A DNA stretch of 64,000 nt from Erysipelotrichaceae bacterium (GTDB lineage: Bacteria; Bacillota_I; Bacilli_A; RFN20; CAG-449): positions 3,228 through 67,227 of the forward strand of contig SVBA01000009.1 of the NCBI GenBank assembly GCA_015059095.1, given 5' to 3'. Position 1 is the first letter of the stretch. Each line of letters opens with the position of its first letter. The notes below the pieces were generated by a model. The model saw nothing but the letters and a program-made list of their open reading frames with translations. It did no database searches and was not told the origin of the DNA. This document shows positions 61,986-64,000 of this stretch, one piece after another. The position numbers and the translations under genes are program-made.

Positions 61986-62140
61986 ACAAACGATTTGCTA
62001 GGTGGTTTCATTATTAAACGATTTAGGCAGGTAGTTTCAAATTATTAAACGATTACAACTGATTTTCAGTAATTATTAAACGATATGGTCAGGTGGTTTC
62101 AAATTATTAAACGATTATGGCAACTATTAAACGATTTATT
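61986..62140 (+). repeat. iteron array R: about 4.5 tandem 31-bp units GGTGGTTTCA(A/T)ATTATTAAACGATT
   Basis: TATTAAACGAT appears 5 times at spacings of about 31, 31, 31 and 17 bp. Same unit and same orientation as array L. Confidence 0.65.
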
Positions 62141-62257
62141 AAAATTGTATTAATAGTGTCATACCTTGCCATTTAAGAAGATTAGATTTGATACAATATA
62201 TCAAGCCTTTTTTATTTGCTTTTATAGAGGTTCAAGTTCCACCCGTCTTGTTAAAAG
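62141..62257 (+). repeat. repeat module copy 2 (extended): AAAATTGT...TTGCCATTTAA + TTGATAC hairpin + T-run + GGTTCAAGTTCCACCCGT
   Basis: Aligns with copy 1 (hairpin, T-run, T-arm-like part) and over a longer stretch with copy 3. Confidence 0.5.
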
Positions 62258-62423
62258 ATGATATTGTTTCATTTTTATAACTGAAGTTTAGTGACTGATT
62301 TAATTAAGGAACTGCAGAGATTTTATAACTTTATAACGATTTGATAACAATTTAACGATTACCTAACTTTTTAAGACATCCTCCTAGATTGCACTAAGTT
62401 ATGGTGTTGCACCGCATTCAAGT

Positions 62424-62600
62424 ACCTATGGGCGGTAATAGATAGCTGTACGCAGATTATGGCAATTGATCAGGTGAGACTCCTACCCAACGAAAGTGGA
62501 GTCTTTTTATTATCTCGCATTGATGGATATTTTAATTATTTTTTAATATAATTTATATAGTGAAAATCGACTGATAAATTAGAATTTGACGGTCAAATCC
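62424..62600 (+). repeat. about 180-bp cassette A: conserved 60-nt segment + terminator hairpin + extended -10 promoter
   Basis: ACCTATGGGCGGTAATAGATAGCTGTACGCAGATTATGGCA..., then GAGACTCC...GGAGTC followed by T5, then TTGATG...TAATATAAT. About 88% identical to cassette B at 63475. Confidence 0.55.
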
Positions 62601-62691
62601 ACTCTACCACTGGTTAATTTCCTCACTAAACCAATGGTAGGTGTATTTTATAGAAAATAATTATTACACTAGATACGAAAGGAGATAACTT

Positions 62692-63294
62692 ATGAATCAA
62701 ATTAAAATAGGAAGATTTATTGCTGAATGTAGAAAAAAAGAAAACTTAACCCAAATGCAGTTAGCTGAAAAGTTAAACATCACAGACAAAGCAGTATCTA
62801 AGTGGGAAAGAGGTATAGCAATGCCTGATGCTTCTTTAATGCTTGATCTATGTAGTATTCTTGGTATTAGTGTAAATGAATTATTAAGTGGGGAGAAAAT
62901 TGATGTGGAAAATAATAATAACGAAAAGCTTTTGCTTGATATGGCAAAAGAATTAGAAAACAAAAACAAAACTATTTGGTCATCTATGTGGGCACTTATG
63001 ACTGTAAGTTTGATTACTTTAATTGCAGGTATTTTTATTGCTGCATTTTTGATACCAGAAGGTATCTGGCAACTTGTAACAATTCTTGGTGTTTGTGTTG
63101 TGTTTTTAATACCTTGCATCTACGCTGTAAAATTAGAAGTTAGTGTGGGAGCATATAAATGTAAAAACTGTGGTTATGAAATTGTTCCTACATATAAAGA
63201 AGCAATGATGTCGATGCATAGAGGAACAACTCGTCATTTATTGTGCCCTAAATGCAACAAACGTACTTGGTGTAAAAAAGTAATAAGGAAATAA
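62692..63294 (+). CDS. XRE-family HTH regulator fused to 2 TM helices and a C-terminal zinc-ribbon
   Basis: N-terminal HTH_3 (RFIAECRKKENLTQMQLAEKLNITDKAVSKWERG), two hydrophobic helices, then CKNCGYEIVP...CPKCNKRTWC. AAGGAG RBS. Confidence 0.55.
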   Translation: MNQIKIGRFIAECRKKENLTQMQLAEKLNITDKAVSKWERGIAMPDASLMLDLCSILGISVNELLSGEKIDVENNNNEKLLLDMAKELENKNKTIWSSMWALMTVSLITLIAGIFIAAFLIPEGIWQLVTILGVCVVFLIPCIYAVKLEVSVGAYKCKNCGYEIVPTYKEAMMSMHRGTTRHLLCPKCNKRTWCKKVIRK

Positions 63295-63359
63295 GATTTC
63301 AAATTGAGAGAGCGTCAAATTCCTATTTATCGTTTAGAAATAGGGGTATGCAATTGTAT

Positions 63360-63455
63360 TAAAATTGTGTAACGTTGCCATTTAAAATTACCAATCTTGA
63401 TACAATAAAAAGTATCAAGATTTTTTATTTTTATGGTGTTCAAGTTCAACTCCTT
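63360..63455 (+). repeat. repeat module copy 3: AAAATTGTGTAACGTTGCCATTTAA + perfect 11-bp TTGATAC hairpin + T-run + GGTGTTCAAGTTCAACTCC
   Basis: AATCTTGATACaataaaaaGTATCAAGATT followed by T6. Aligns with copies 1 and 2. Confidence 0.5.
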
Positions 63456-63474
63456 GATATACACAGCATTTAAA

Positions 63475-63640
63475 TACCTATGGACGGTAATAGATAGCTG
63501 TACGCAGATTATGGCAGTTAATCAAGTGAGGCTCCTACTCAATGAAAGTGGAGTCTTTTTATTATCTCGCATTGGTGGACATTTTAGTTGTTTTTTGATA
63601 TAATTTATATGGTGAAAATTGACTGATAAATTAGAATTTG
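63475..63640 (+). repeat. about 170-bp cassette B (near-identical to cassette A)
   Basis: ACCTATGGACGGTAATAGATAGCTGTACGCAGATTATGGCA..., then GAGGCTCC...GGAGTC followed by T5, then TTGGTG...TGATATAAT (extended -10). It ends 10 nt before the next ATG. Confidence 0.55.
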
Positions 63641-63650
63641 TAGGTGTGTT

Positions 63651-64000
63651 TATGAATAAAGAGTGGTCAGAATTAAATAAAGAAGTTAAGATTTTATTGA
63701 ATAAAAAAACAACCTTTAAAGATGGAATTAATAAACTCATTGCATTAAGAAGTTTACTTTTTAATGAATGGAAAAAAGCTATGAGTGATTTATCTATTGA
63801 AGATTATTCGAATCAACCATTTTTTAATAGAGATGGATACGAATCTAAAACGATCGCATATTCTATTTTTCACGTGTTTAGAATTGAAGATATTGTATTA
63901 AATACATTGATAAATAATAGACAACAAATTTTTATTCGAGATGATTATCAATATAAGATGAATTCATCTATTATTACAACGGGAAATGAATTAAAAGGCG
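63651..64000 (+). CDS. DinB_2/DUF664-like protein (3'-truncated at window edge)
   Basis: Frame is open from ATG 63651 to the window end. The segment IAYSIFHVFRIEDIVLNTLI resembles the DinB_2 helical bundle. Confidence 0.4.

Noticed and set aside
58755-62140. Possible CRISPR array (regular short repeats).
   Set aside because: The roughly 31-bp units are contiguous tandem iterons with only 3-6 variable nucleotides between cores. There are no unique spacers of 30-40 bp and no cas genes.
62424-62510. Fluoride (crcB) or another known riboswitch in the conserved 60-nt segment of cassettes A and B.
   Set aside because: The segment lacks the GGCGATGG...CTGATGA pseudoknot signature of the fluoride riboswitch. 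I found no other known riboswitch core either (no SAM, TPP, FMN, purine or preQ1 motifs). It is kept only as an unclassified conserved element.
11399-63740. Short ORFs from the track on the opposite strand or in other frames inside larger genes. These are 11399..11644-, 12492..12677-, 15557..15766-, 16001..16312+, 16781..17206+, 17388..17633+, 21583..21783-, 22297..22557-, 24496..24819-, 30272..30547+, 34380..34754-, 35271..35513-, 35288..35470+, 39699..39887-, 42531..42788+, 44351..44545+, 51231..51428-, 56586..56777+, 60882..61121-, 61480..61692-, 62697..63119- and 63522..63740-.
   Set aside because: Each is fully embedded in, or antisense to, a longer ORF with clear homology or coding-like composition. 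They have low-complexity translations and no RBS, so I treat them as shadow ORFs.
1-64000. Alternative genetic code (TGA = Trp, Mollicutes-like), given the extreme AT content.
   Set aside because: TGA and TAG terminate well-conserved genes at the expected lengths (for example murF and the hydrolase), and Trp is encoded by TGG in conserved motifs.

Overview
A 64-kb chromosomal window from a very AT-rich bacterium (about 28-30% GC). It uses the standard genetic code: TGA and TAG end well-conserved genes, and Trp is TGG. Gene content and signals look like a low-GC Firmicute (Erysipelotrichia/Bacilli-like): several lipoproteins with LxxC lipobox signal peptides (some with Ser-rich linkers), RNase J, a T-box leader, and a tRNA-His with an encoded G-1. 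The first 58 kb is densely packed housekeeping and accessory metabolism. Left to right it holds a glmM-like mutase, a murF-like ligase and ddl; then deoD; lacZ, a HAD hydrolase and mgsA; an OmpR/HisKA two-component pair; a CNNM/CorC transporter; a lipoprotein pullulanase; a MarR regulator with a heterodimeric ABC exporter pair; psuG; and the T-box-controlled ileS-lspA-rluD operon. Further right are typA, rnj, tRNA-His, a block of small accessory enzymes (DUF1349, Fe-S flavoprotein, GNAT, DUF362, NUDIX, PncA-like), a U32 peptidase, an M18 aminopeptidase and a GPH-family symporter. The last 5.5 kb (58.5-64 kb) is different: it starts immediately after a tRNA gene with an unusual CUC anticodon and carries nested repeat modules, two arrays of about 31-bp iterons, and a duplicated terminator-plus-promoter cassette. 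Its genes are small membrane proteins and XRE-type HTH regulators with no recognisable homology. I read this as a tRNA-adjacent island built by successive insertions, and it is the most likely place for an undescribed system. Other oddities: the MurF-like ligase has a 4-TM domain where the canonical N-terminal domain should be; a membrane GGDEF/EAL-like protein has degenerate catalytic motifs; a NUDIX hydrolase is fused to a truncated inorganic-pyrophosphatase-like domain; and a large surface lipoprotein carries three OB-fold-like repeats. Coordinates of features not taken from the ORF track were counted by hand and may be off by a few nucleotides. No CRISPR array, transposase or integrase is visible in the window.
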